Positions 40,104 to 49,127 of a DNA stretch of 64,000 nt are shown here, one piece after another. The DNA is taken from contig JAZKFH010000017.1 in assembly GCA_040386535.1 (NCBI GenBank), positions 32,001 to 96,000 of the forward strand, read 5' to 3'. Each line of letters starts with the position of its first letter. The stretch's first letter is position 1. The notes beneath the pieces are model-generated. The model ran no database searches, was not told the origin of the DNA, and was given only the letters and a program-made list of their open reading frames with translations. The position numbers were made by a program, and so were the translations under genes. Source of the stretch: Myxococcota bacterium (GTDB lineage Bacteria; Myxococcota_A; UBA796; SXON01).

Positions 40104-40132
40104 CGAGGCGTGGTCCCGGAGAAGGGTTGAGT

Positions 40133-40771
40133 ATGAAGAACGTCGAGCAGATCATCGCTGCGGCGGATGAGTGCTTCGAAAGGGGCGAGTACTCCTCCGC
40201 GGAGCAGCTGTACGACGACGCAATCGAGCGCGAGCCCATGCCGACAGAGGGCCTGGTGTTGAGTTGGATCACCGCTCGGAGCGTGGCCTCCGTTCTAAGA
40301 GCACGAGCATTGGTCAGCCAGCGACCCGATTCATTCGCGCTGCAACACCTTCAGCTTCGAGTCCTGTTGAGGGAACACGAATACGCGGCGGCTGCCGATG
40401 CCGCCACGATGGCCATCTCGCGCTTTGGTTCAGACCCGGGGCAGTCTGCGGAGCTGCGCCACAAGCGTCTTCAGGCTCATGTGGAGCTGTCTCGACATCG
40501 GGTACGTCGCCCGGAACCTTCCTGGGACCTCATCCATCAGGATGTACGGTACTTGTGGTCGGCATACGAGCACGCGGAGAAGAAGCGAGGTCTCTACGCC
40601 GCCATCGTCGAACAGCTGCTCGGGTTGCGGGGCAGCGGAGCCTCCGAGATACTCGATGCGATTGCGGACGACCTGCAAAAGACGCATCCAGAGTTCGCCT
40701 GCGTACTCCGCTCACATGCAACGACGGTGAGACTTTACGCCCTTCAATCGGCGCTCGACTTCCGTAAATAG
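40133..40771 (+). CDS. Helical/TPR-like hypothetical protein
   Basis: ADECFERGEYSSAEQLYDDAI TPR-like start; atypical lower-GC codon usage. Confidence 0.65.
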   Translation: MKNVEQIIAAADECFERGEYSSAEQLYDDAIEREPMPTEGLVLSWITARSVASVLRARALVSQRPDSFALQHLQLRVLLREHEYAAAADAATMAISRFGSDPGQSAELRHKRLQAHVELSRHRVRRPEPSWDLIHQDVRYLWSAYEHAEKKRGLYAAIVEQLLGLRGSGASEILDAIADDLQKTHPEFACVLRSHATTVRLYALQSALDFRK

Positions 40772-40793
40772 GAGAGTCGGCCGCGGGACGACA

Positions 40794-41666
40794 TCAATCC
40801 GGTGGCTGGTACCTTGGGCGCCCAGGGGTGGGGTCTCGACCGCGCCAGCTTCGTAGAAACGGAAAGTACTGAAGGATCTGAGCCGACGTCTCCGTCCGCT
40901 GCGCAGCGGTGCGCTCGTGATACGCCCGTTTCTTCTCGCTGATCTCGGCTTGACTGGCGGCTACCGTCGCAGGGGGCTCAATCAAGTCTGCTTCTCCGCG
41001 GGATACCCCCGTCGTCAGGCGCTCGGCACGCCGAGCCCTGATCGCCGCGACCAGAGCGGTGAGGCGCTCGGGGTGCAGCAACAGGTCGTCGCGGTCAATC
41101 GAGGCGCACCGCAAAAGGTCGGGATGGAGACGTTCGACGAATTCCGCCCACTGAGGCCACTCCAAGAGACGGAGTCCGAGCGGCTGATAGATATGATAGA
41201 GGCTCACCCGAGAAGGGTGGCGCGGGGTTCCGACGCTGTTGTAGACAAAGAACAGGATGTCGAAGGCAGAAAGGTCGGCGTTGGCCAGATGCTTCCGAAG
41301 TGAACGCTCGCGTACCGCACGCGCCTCATCGTGATGTCCAGCGGCGTGCAGAACGGGCGCCAGGCAATGATCATTCCAATGCGCGCTCTCGCTCAGATCA
41401 ATGCCCAACCGTGCCATCTCCTTTCTCCGGCGACGGACGAGGGCAAGGGCGCGCCGATGCTGCCCGGTCTGGAAAAGCGCCTCGAGCTCACGGTGGAAAC
41501 AAGTCTCCAGCAGGGATTCCTGTCCACCTGCTCGCCGGGCGAGCACTCTCACCCGACGGCTGAACGAGACGGCCACGCCAGGGTCCTTGCACTGCCGAAC
41601 CGCGAGAGCATAGAGGAGGAACGCCCGTTCAGGCTCCTCCACGCGGAACAGATCGGGGACGTACAT
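40794..41666 (-). CDS. Hypothetical protein
   Basis: ~290-aa ORF, lower GC, helical character; start uncertain. Confidence 0.6.
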   Translation of the reverse strand: MYVPDLFRVEEPERAFLLYALAVRQCKDPGVAVSFSRRVRVLARRAGGQESLLETCFHRELEALFQTGQHRRALALVRRRRKEMARLGIDLSESAHWNDHCLAPVLHAAGHHDEARAVRERSLRKHLANADLSAFDILFFVYNSVGTPRHPSRVSLYHIYQPLGLRLLEWPQWAEFVERLHPDLLRCASIDRDDLLLHPERLTALVAAIRARRAERLTTGVSRGEADLIEPPATVAASQAEISEKKRAYHERTAAQRTETSAQILQYFPFLRSWRGRDPTPGRPRYQPPD

Positions 41667-41802
41667 GACATGACTCTCGATCGCGGACCGTACTACAGGC
41701 CCACCTCTGCTGTCGACGTGGAGCGCCGCAACCGACTTCCCGATGCCTCCGCCGTTGACGCCCCCGCGCCCGAACGCGCCCCGCTCCTCCACGTCCGCCC
41801 CA

Positions 41803-42000
41803 ACCCGACAAAGATCGCCTCACTCCCGGTCGTGAGGCCCGTTCTGTCGGGTCTCGCCGCCCAAGTGACCACCAATCCGCCTCACGCGAACGGAACAACG
41901 CCGGCTTTTTCGCGGGGGCCCCGACCAACGCTGCCGAACGCACCCAAAGACCCGACAAAACGGGCCCCAGTGCCGGCACTGACGCCCGTTCTGTCGGGTC
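41803..42000. repeat. Paired long palindromes (composite element C1)
   Basis: ACCCGACAAA...CCCGTTCTGTCGGGT occurs at 41803-41852 and 41949-42000; the second is a near-perfect 52-bp palindrome. Confidence 0.75.
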
Positions 42001-42043
42001 GCGGCAAATCGAGCAGCGCCCGCAAGCACCCCCACGCCACCCA

Positions 42044-42092
42044 GGCCGCGGTCGGCGCCTCGCCGGGCACCGCGGCCGCGTCGGTCGCCCAA
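42044..42092. repeat. Palindromic repeat family B, just downstream of the fliE stop
   Basis: GGCCGCGGTCGGCGCCTCGCCGGGCACCGCGGCCGCGTCGGTCGCCCAA, identical to the 58062-58112 copy except for a 1-nt indel. Confidence 0.85.
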
Positions 42093-42102
42093 CCAATCAC
42101 TT

Positions 42103-42414
42103 CTATATCGGCATGTTCCAGATCGCCTGCCACCCCTCCACCGCCTTGTCCCGCACGCTCCCCATCATGCGCAGCGAGATGTTGGCCTCCTCGAGCGCGA
42201 TCATGGTGCCGTGGATGTCGACGGATTGGCCCGTCGTGACGCCGCGGAGCTTCTCGTCGGCGCCGAGCTGGGCGCCCTCGACCGAGCGGACCGCGTCGGA
42301 GAGCGCTTCGGCGAACCCGCCGGCGCCGCCCTTGCGGGTGCCTTCGACAGCGCCGATGCCACCAACGCCACCAACGCCAGCAATCCCGAACCCTCCGCCA
42401 ACACCATGCACCAC
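42103..42414 (-). CDS. fliE: Flagellar hook-basal body protein FliE
   Basis: FAEALSDAV...DIHGTMIALEEA...VRDKAVEGWQAIWNMPI; follows flgC. Confidence 0.9.
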   Translation of the reverse strand: MVHGVGGGFGIAGVGGVGGIGAVEGTRKGGAGGFAEALSDAVRSVEGAQLGADEKLRGVTTGQSVDIHGTMIALEEANISLRMMGSVRDKAVEGWQAIWNMPI

Positions 42415-42416
42415 GG

Positions 42417-42842
42417 CTACCTCCCGATCTCGAGCGCCTTGCGCGCCATGTCGCGCGTGGCCTCGACGACAGAGGTGTTGGACTCGTACGTGCGGTTGGT
42501 GGTCATGAGATCGACCATCTCCTGGAGCACGTTGATGTCGGGATAGGAGACGTACCCTTCCGGATCCGCGTCCGGATGGCCGGGGTCGTAGGTGCGGATG
42601 GGCGGGCGGCCGTCGGGGCGCAGGTCGGTGACGATGACCTCGGAGGCGGCGCGGTCGAGGGCGCTGCCGAAGGGGTCGATCTCGCGCGACTCGAACACGG
42701 GGACCTGGCGTTGGTAGGGGCCGCCGGCCTCGGTGCGGGTGGTGCGGGCGTTCGCCATGTTCGACGCGATGGTCTGGAGGCGCAGGCGCTCGGCGGAGAG
42801 GCCGGAGGCGGCGACCTGGAAGGTGTCGAGCAGATCGGCCAT
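42417..42842 (-). CDS. flgC: Flagellar proximal rod protein FlgC
   Basis: ASGLSAERLRLQTIASNMANA, YDPGHPDA..GYV.YP, EMVDLM...RTYESN. Confidence 0.95.
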   Translation of the reverse strand: MADLLDTFQVAASGLSAERLRLQTIASNMANARTTRTEAGGPYQRQVPVFESREIDPFGSALDRAASEVIVTDLRPDGRPPIRTYDPGHPDADPEGYVSYPDINVLQEMVDLMTTNRTYESNTSVVEATRDMARKALEIGR

Positions 42843-43225
42843 CAGGCCCTCCCGTCGCTGGCGGCGAATCGCAACATGGCGAGGCGGCGGTTGAGGCCGG
42901 TCGTCACGGTGTCGAACATGAGCGAGTTGGAGGTCATGCGTACGGCCTCGTGCTCGGGTGACACGGAATTGCCGTCGAGGGTGCCCGGGGGCGCTTCGAG
43001 GAAACGGACCTCGGCGCCGTTGCCGATGGTGGGGCCCGCCTCGCCGCGCTCGGCCGCGCGGACCACGTCGGAGAGCAATTCGTCGAAGGGGATCTCCTGG
43101 GCGAGGTAGCCGGGGGTGTCCGCGTTCGCGAGGTTGCCGGCGGTGAGCAGGTGTTGGGCGGAGCGGAGATCGAGCACCCGCTCCATCCCCATCGTGAGGC
43201 CGTCGACGAGGCGGAAGCCGTCCAT
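42842..43225 (-). CDS. flgB: Flagellar proximal rod protein FlgB
   Basis: NLANADTPGY, DGNSV..E.E. Confidence 0.92.
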   Translation of the reverse strand: MDGFRLVDGLTMGMERVLDLRSAQHLLTAGNLANADTPGYLAQEIPFDELLSDVVRAAERGEAGPTIGNGAEVRFLEAPPGTLDGNSVSPEHEAVRMTSNSLMFDTVTTGLNRRLAMLRFAASDGRA

Positions 43226-43226
43226 G

Positions 43227-45434
43227 TCAGGTTCCTTCGGTGGGAGGGGCGGGCGAGAGGCGGGCACGGAGGAGCGCGTCGGCCACGTCGTCCGCGGCGA
43301 TGCGGCGCCAGGTGCCGTCGGGAGGAGTGCCGGCGAGGACCTCGGCCCACGCCGTCGTAGAGGGATCGGTCAGCTTGCCCACGGCTTGAGCGGCAATCGT
43401 GCGCGACTCGTCGATTCTTCCGACCGTCGCGAGACACGCGGCGCGCGCGGTGGCGACACGACCCGCGGAAAGGTCGGCGGGGAGCGGATCGAGGGCGAGC
43501 GCGTCGACCACGGGGGCGGCCCCGTCCACACCAACATACGCCGCGCAACGCCCAGCCTCGGCGTCCACCAGCGCGATGCGCACCCGCGCCTCGCCCGCCG
43601 CCGGCCCCTCCACGTCACCAGCCACCAAGGTCCAGGCGGCGCGCGCCCCGTCGACGTCGCCCTGATCGAGCAGGACGCGCCCGCGCAGGATCCCGGCGCG
43701 GGCCACAGTGGCGGGCTCCGGGGGGCGGGTCGCGAGGAAATCGAGGGTGTCGAGGGCCTCGGTGGGGCGGCCGGTCCGGCGGTAGATCTCGGCGACGGCG
43801 AGGATGGTGGCGCGATCGTCGAGGCCCCGGCGGCCCTCGACCTCGGCCACGACGCCGAGGGTGTGGAGCGCCTCTTCGTCGAGTCCCGCGCGCATGTAGG
43901 CCGCGGCGACGGCCGCGAGGGGCGCCGGATCGGTCACGTGCGCGGTGAGGCCCGGGCGCCACGCCACGATGTGCGCGGCGAGCCCGTCGATGTCGTGGCC
44001 CGCGGCGAGCTGGCCGCCGACCGTGCGCGCCCACACGGCTTGGAGACGCACGCCGGGCTCGCCCGCGAGGAGCGCGCGCCGCCGATCGACGAGGGCGCCC
44101 CAGGCGCGCAGGGCCAGGGCGTCGTCGCCGAGGCGCTCGCCGATCTGGCCGAGGAGGAACAGGGCCTCGGTGCCCTCGACCTCGGCGGCGCCGCTGCCAT
44201 CGCTCCCGCTCCGGGCACCCAGGACGGCCGCGCGCTCGAGCGTGGGCACCATGGCGGGCCAGAGGTTGGGCGACTGCCGCAAGAGCGCCACGAGCCGGGT
44301 GCGGGAGCGCGCGAGGCCGCTCCAGCGGGTGGGCGTCGTGGCAGCGGGGAGATCGCCCAGGACGATGTCGGCGCCCTCGGGATCGCCGGCGAGCAGGCGC
44401 GCGTCGGCGAGGAGGAGGCGGGCCATGGCGCCGCGTTCGCCGTCGGCAGCGAGGGCGCGTTCGAGCACGGGGGCGGCCTCGGTCCAGCAGCCGGCGCGGA
44501 GCAGCAGGGCGCCCGCGAGGAGGGCGGGCTCGGGGGCCGAATTGGGAGAGAGCGTGGTGGCGGCGAGCGCGCGGCCGATGGCGGCGGGGGCGGGATCGCC
44601 GGTGAGCAGGGAGACCGTCGCGAGCACGGACGACACGGGCGCGTCGGGGGCGCCGGCCTTGCGGGCCACGTCGGCGGCGTCGCGGGCGTCGGCCCACGCG
44701 TGCAGCGCGAGCAGGGCGCCAGCGCGCTGGAGCTCGGCGACACCCGCGGGGGCCCCGGCTTGGGAGTCACTGCCGCCTTGGGAGCCACCGGCTCCAGCGG
44801 TCGCGGCGGACTCGAAGTAATACGCGGCCTCGCGCAGATGGCCGAGGTCGCGGTGCTGGGCGCCGAGCTCGTAGAGGGCGCGCGCGCGGTCGGTCGCGAT
44901 GGCGCCACCCTCCGGAAGACCGGCACCGAACAGTTGGGACCGGAGCGTCGTGACACGCTCCCACGACGCACCAACGGGCTCCGCCGCCTCCCACCGCGGC
45001 ATCGCGAGCACGAAGGTGTCCGGCGCGAACTCGTGCACCATGTCGGCGCCGCGCAGGGGCACGAGCGGAACGCCGGGCGTGCCGACACACTCCGCGTTGG
45101 TGGACGGCGCGGGCCCGACGGGCACCGCCACGGCCTCCCACCCCTCCCCCACCCGCTCGATCGCGAGCGTGTCGTTCGGATCGCGCATCCACACGGTGAC
45201 GACCTGGTGGCCGCCCATGTCGGTGACACGTCCGGTGCGGACGCCGTCGGCGGGCGGGCCGCGGAAGAGCGTCTGCAGGCCCCGATCGCCGCCGTGGACG
45301 AGGATCTCGACGCGGCCGGGCTCGACGGGCGGGAGCACCTCGACCGTGGCGCCCGGGGGCGCGGCGATGCGGAGGGGCGCGGCGTGGGCATCAATGCCAA
45401 AAAAAATGCTGACGAATGCCAGTGCCAGGATCAC
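43227..45434 (-). CDS. Large exported TPR-like protein within the flagellar operon
   Basis: Signal peptide (AHA); beta-rich N-domain then Ala/Leu helical repeats; GTGA coupling upstream and ends immediately before flgB. Confidence 0.7.
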   Translation of the reverse strand: MILALAFVSIFFGIDAHAAPLRIAAPPGATVEVLPPVEPGRVEILVHGGDRGLQTLFRGPPADGVRTGRVTDMGGHQVVTVWMRDPNDTLAIERVGEGWEAVAVPVGPAPSTNAECVGTPGVPLVPLRGADMVHEFAPDTFVLAMPRWEAAEPVGASWERVTTLRSQLFGAGLPEGGAIATDRARALYELGAQHRDLGHLREAAYYFESAATAGAGGSQGGSDSQAGAPAGVAELQRAGALLALHAWADARDAADVARKAGAPDAPVSSVLATVSLLTGDPAPAAIGRALAATTLSPNSAPEPALLAGALLLRAGCWTEAAPVLERALAADGERGAMARLLLADARLLAGDPEGADIVLGDLPAATTPTRWSGLARSRTRLVALLRQSPNLWPAMVPTLERAAVLGARSGSDGSGAAEVEGTEALFLLGQIGERLGDDALALRAWGALVDRRRALLAGEPGVRLQAVWARTVGGQLAAGHDIDGLAAHIVAWRPGLTAHVTDPAPLAAVAAAYMRAGLDEEALHTLGVVAEVEGRRGLDDRATILAVAEIYRRTGRPTEALDTLDFLATRPPEPATVARAGILRGRVLLDQGDVDGARAAWTLVAGDVEGPAAGEARVRIALVDAEAGRCAAYVGVDGAAPVVDALALDPLPADLSAGRVATARAACLATVGRIDESRTIAAQAVGKLTDPSTTAWAEVLAGTPPDGTWRRIAADDVADALLRARLSPAPPTEGT

Positions 45435-46006
45435 GGGATCACCATCGAGAGGCCGAGGGAGACGCGGAGAGCCCCGAGATCGAGGCCACACGGCGCGCCG
45501 CCACAGTTGTCGTGCGGAGGGCGCACGGTGAGCCGGCCGCCGACGCCGCCGACAACGGCGACCTGGAGCCGATTTGGGTCCGGGCCGCGCAAGGAGGGCG
45601 CGGAGAGCGCGCTGACATCCAACCGCGCCTCGACCTGGCCCACCACGCCCACCTTGGTCCCGCTGTACCCGACGGCGCCGGACGTACCCGCCTGCTCGGC
45701 CCACGGCACCACGGTAGGGCCGAAACCGACGGCGAGATCGAGCGCGCCGGCGTCGAGACGGGGCCCGACCACGGCGGACACGGGGGCGTACCAGAACCAG
45801 GTCGTCTCTTCCTTGGATGCCAACGTGGCATCCACGAGCTTGCCACCCAAGCGGCGGTAGCCAACGGCCACCTGGGCTTCGAGGTGGTAGGGCAACGTCA
45901 CGCGCGCGGTGACCTCGCCCGAGAGCGACGTGGTGCCGTAGACGCGGCCGATCTGCTCGTCGTTGAGGGCCTCACCCACCAGGGAGAGGGCGAGGGCGGC
46001 GATCAC
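45431..46006 (-). CDS. Exported beta-strand-rich protein, possible small outer-membrane barrel
   Basis: Alternating amphipathic strands (LEAQVAVGY, LRVSLGLSM); GTGA overlaps on both sides. Confidence 0.55.
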   Translation of the reverse strand: MIAALALSLVGEALNDEQIGRVYGTTSLSGEVTARVTLPYHLEAQVAVGYRRLGGKLVDATLASKEETTWFWYAPVSAVVGPRLDAGALDLAVGFGPTVVPWAEQAGTSGAVGYSGTKVGVVGQVEARLDVSALSAPSLRGPDPNRLQVAVVGGVGGRLTVRPPHDNCGGAPCGLDLGALRVSLGLSMVIP

Positions 46007-46308
46007 GACGGGGCCGACGCGGAGCGCGCCCCCTGGTTGGCGCCGTACCCACGCACGGCGCGGCGGCCCACCGCGGTGGTGGCGATCCGCTCGTCGAGGC
46101 GGACACAACTCTGGGCAAGCGCGGTGGACACGCGCGCGACGGACGCGGCGAGGCGACGGCGCGCTTCCAAGTCGGCGCCCACGGCGGCGTCGGCCGCGGC
46201 GGAGGCGAGCGCTTCGAGCTCGGTGATCTCGGGGCACTCGCTCCGATCGAGGCGGAAGGCGAGCCCGTCCAGGCGGGCCAGGAGGGACTCGACGGGGTCG
46301 CGGCTCAT
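46003..46308 (-). CDS. Small helical protein after fliS, possible FliT-like chaperone
   Basis: 101 aa, ATGA-coupled to fliS; RAVRGY near the C-terminus. Call is mainly positional. Confidence 0.5.
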   Translation of the reverse strand: MSRDPVESLLARLDGLAFRLDRSECPEITELEALASAAADAAVGADLEARRRLAASVARVSTALAQSCVRLDERIATTAVGRRAVRGYGANQGARSASAPS

Positions 46309-46724
46309 CCGGTCTCCTGCATGTCTTCCAATTCGGCGTCCATCGGATCCGTGTCACCGCGGTGGATGCGGAGCGCGTTGGTCCACATCGTCCGCACGGT
46401 GTCGGTCACCTTGCGCACTTCTCCCAGACGAGCGCGATCGCCGGTGCGGCCCGCCTCGGTGAGGTGGTGCATGATCCAACGGTAGGTGTCGGAGAGCGCC
46501 TTGGCGACCTCGGGCTGGGTGGTGGGATCGAGCGCTACGAGCAGCTCGACGAACACGCTGCGGGCGCCGTGGATCTCCATCAGCCAGCCGGTGCGGTCCT
46601 TGCGCACCATGGCGGCGTCGGCGGCGTCCTCTCGTCGTAACGCGGCCTCGACGAGCATGACGATGAGCTCCTCGTTGGGGGCGCTCTCGATGTTGGTTTT
46701 CCGGTAGGAGTCGATGGCCCGCAT
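46305..46724 (-). CDS. fliS: Flagellin chaperone FliS
   Basis: SYRKTNIESA..ELIVML, EL..ALD, L..TY.W, W; follows fliD. Confidence 0.85.
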   Translation of the reverse strand: MRAIDSYRKTNIESAPNEELIVMLVEAALRREDAADAAMVRKDRTGWLMEIHGARSVFVELLVALDPTTQPEVAKALSDTYRWIMHHLTEAGRTGDRARLGEVRKVTDTVRTMWTNALRIHRGDTDPMDAELEDMQETG

Positions 46725-46725
46725 G

Positions 46726-48072
46726 TCAATCCTCGCTGGAGGACGAAGGGAGGAGCGCGGAGATGGCGGAGCCCGCGGTCTGGAAACGTGACATCGCAAG
46801 CTCCATCGCGGTGAACTGTTTCTGGAGGCGCGCGCGGTAGGCGTCGAGGTGGTCCTGGAAGTCGTCGATCCGCTTGGTGAGCGTCTCGAGCTGGGTGTCC
46901 AGGGAGTCGCCGCGCGCGGTGAGCGTGCCGGTGTCCTCGTCGGTGAACCGATCGATCGTGCCGGCGATGCTGGCAAAGGCGCCGGTCTCGCCCGTGGCGA
47001 GGGCGACCACACCTTCGAAATCGGTGGAGAGGGCCTCGCGGAGCTTGTCCTCGTCGAGCTCGAGGTCGCCGTTCTGGGCCGTGGTGAGGCCGAGGGCGCC
47101 GAGCGCGTTCTTGGCGCCGCTGCCGTAGGAGGCGGACAGCGCGGTCTGGAGCCGCTGCATGACCGCGCGGGGCTCGCTCTCGCCGACGAAGGCGCCGTGG
47201 ATGTTCTCGTCGGGGTTCCAGGTCCGCTGCGCGCGGATCTGGCTCATGACGGCGTTCCAGCTGCTCACGACGGTCTGCACGCGCTGGACCATGGTGTCGG
47301 GGTCACGCGCCACGTTCACGTCGACCGCGGCGGTCGTGGTGGCGTAGAGGTTGAGGTGGAGGCCCTGGATCGCGCCGTCGATCTCGTTGTCCGCATCGGT
47401 GACGGTCGTGCCGTTGATGACGACCTCGGCGTCCACCGCCGGGGTGACCGTCGTGAACGAGGGCACTTGCCCGGTGCCGCCGTCGAGCCCCGAGGTGTCG
47501 ATGACTACGGCGTTGTCGGCGCCCGTGGCGTTGCCGCCGATGACGAGGCGGTAGGGGGCGGTCGCGTCCCCGGTGTCCATGATGTAGGCGGTGGCGCCGC
47601 CGGCCTGCTCGTTGATGGCGGCCACGAGATCGTCGAGCGTGTCACCCGCGCCGACGGTGATGTCGGTCTGCGTGCCGTCGATGGTGAGCGAGAGCGTGCC
47701 GGTCGCGACGATCCCGGCGGTGTCACGCGACGTGAAGCCGGCGGACACGTCCATGGAGGCGCGCGCCAGGCGGTTGACCTGGACTTCGAAGCGGCCGACG
47801 ACCGCGTCGCCGTCTGCCGTGACGCCCACGGCGTCGTCGTTGTTGGAGCGCGCGGTGACCGAGCGCAGCTCGTTTGGTTCGTCGATGGCGGTGAGGGCCT
47901 CCTGGAGGGAGGTCAGGCGCGCCGACAAGGTCGCGTAGGCTTCCTTGCGCGTATCGAGCGTGTCCTTCTGGTTCTCCATGATGATCTTGGTGCGCCCGGA
48001 CGCGGCGACCAGGCCATCCACGAGCGCGCCCGTGTCGATGCCGGAGACGAGTCCACCTACTGACGTTGCCAT
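46726..48072 (-). CDS. fliD: Flagellar filament cap FliD
   Basis: GLVSGIDT..LVD.L, V.V.RLA, RLQKQFTAME. Confidence 0.93.
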   Translation of the reverse strand: MATSVGGLVSGIDTGALVDGLVAASGRTKIIMENQKDTLDTRKEAYATLSARLTSLQEALTAIDEPNELRSVTARSNNDDAVGVTADGDAVVGRFEVQVNRLARASMDVSAGFTSRDTAGIVATGTLSLTIDGTQTDITVGAGDTLDDLVAAINEQAGGATAYIMDTGDATAPYRLVIGGNATGADNAVVIDTSGLDGGTGQVPSFTTVTPAVDAEVVINGTTVTDADNEIDGAIQGLHLNLYATTTAAVDVNVARDPDTMVQRVQTVVSSWNAVMSQIRAQRTWNPDENIHGAFVGESEPRAVMQRLQTALSASYGSGAKNALGALGLTTAQNGDLELDEDKLREALSTDFEGVVALATGETGAFASIAGTIDRFTDEDTGTLTARGDSLDTQLETLTKRIDDFQDHLDAYRARLQKQFTAMELAMSRFQTAGSAISALLPSSSSED

Positions 48073-48112
48073 GGTGTCCTCTCGTTCGGAAGGTCAGCGA
48101 GTGCCACGAAAA

Positions 48113-48946
48113 TCAGCCCTGGAGGAGGGAGAGGGCGGACTGGTTGATGCCCTTGGCCTGCGTCAGGACGGACACGCCGGCCTGCTGGAGGACCTGGTGC
48201 TGCGCGAGCGCCGCGGTCTCCTTGCCGAAGTCGGCGTCGCGGATGCGGCTCTCGGCCTCGAGCGTGGTCTGCTCGAAGGTCTCGAGGTTGTTCAGCGCGT
48301 TGCCGAGGCGGTTCTCCGCCGCGCCGTAGCCGGAGCGGTAGGAGCTGACCGTGCGGATCGCCGCGTCGATGTCGGTCAACGCGGCGGAGGCGCCGGCGGC
48401 CGTCGACATGTCGATCGTGCCGGTGTCGACCCCGAGGGTCGAGGACGACAGGTCACCCAGGGTGATGGAGATCTGGTCGTTCACCGTGTTGTGGATGCCG
48501 ACCTGCACGCCGATCGTCGTGACCGATCCGTTCGTGAGCGACTGGCCGTTGAACTCGGTGACGGCGGCGATGCGCCCCACTTCGCCCGCGAGCGCGGTGT
48601 ACTCCTGCTGGACGTAGGCGCGCTCGTCGTTGTCGAGGGTCTCGGAGGCGCCCTGGACCGCGAGCTCGCGCATGCGGACGAGGATGTTGCCGACCTCGGC
48701 GGAGGCGCCTTCCGCGATGGCGATGATGCTCACGCCGTCGTTGGTGTTGCGCTGGGCAACCGCCGCGGAGGTGTGGGCGGCGCGCAGGTTCTCGGCGACA
48801 CCGACGCCGGCCGCGTCGTCCGCGGCGCGGGCGATGCGTTGACCGGACGAGATGCGCTCGAAGGAGCGCGAGAGCGCACGGGTGGTGCGATTGAGATCCT
48901 TCAGGGCGCCGAGGCTCGCCGTGTTGGTCCGTACGTTGATGGCCAT
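48113..48946 (-). CDS. fliC: Flagellin (short, ~277 aa)
   Basis: ERISSGQRI.RAADDAAG, RMRELAVQ, QVG, ESRIRDADF, QQAG.SVL.QA. Confidence 0.97.
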   Translation of the reverse strand: MAINVRTNTASLGALKDLNRTTRALSRSFERISSGQRIARAADDAAGVGVAENLRAAHTSAAVAQRNTNDGVSIIAIAEGASAEVGNILVRMRELAVQGASETLDNDERAYVQQEYTALAGEVGRIAAVTEFNGQSLTNGSVTTIGVQVGIHNTVNDQISITLGDLSSSTLGVDTGTIDMSTAAGASAALTDIDAAIRTVSSYRSGYGAAENRLGNALNNLETFEQTTLEAESRIRDADFGKETAALAQHQVLQQAGVSVLTQAKGINQSALSLLQG

Positions 48947-49002
48947 GTTCTTACTTCCCGTTCGAGGGTTTGTGGACACGGGCCATGCCCCGTGCAGGAG
49001 AT

Positions 49003-49029
49003 GTTTCGGTCGCCGGGGGCGGGAGTTGA
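49003..49029 (-). promoter_or_regulatory. Sigma-28-like promoter of the downstream flagellin
   Basis: TCAA-ctcccgcccccggcg(15)-ACCGAAAC. Confidence 0.7.
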
Positions 49030-49049
49030 GGAAAAAGGATCGGCCAACG

Positions 49050-49092
49050 GAAGGAAAACGAAGAAACGCCCGGCCGAGGCCGAGCGTTTCTT
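49050..49092 (-). terminator. Intrinsic terminator between the two flagellin genes
   Basis: Minus strand AAGAAACGCTCGGCC-TC-GGCCGGGCGTTTCTT followed by CGTTTTCCTT. Confidence 0.75.
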
Positions 49093-49127
49093 GGAGCTAC
49101 TTCTGGATCCGCGGTCGATCCAGGAGG

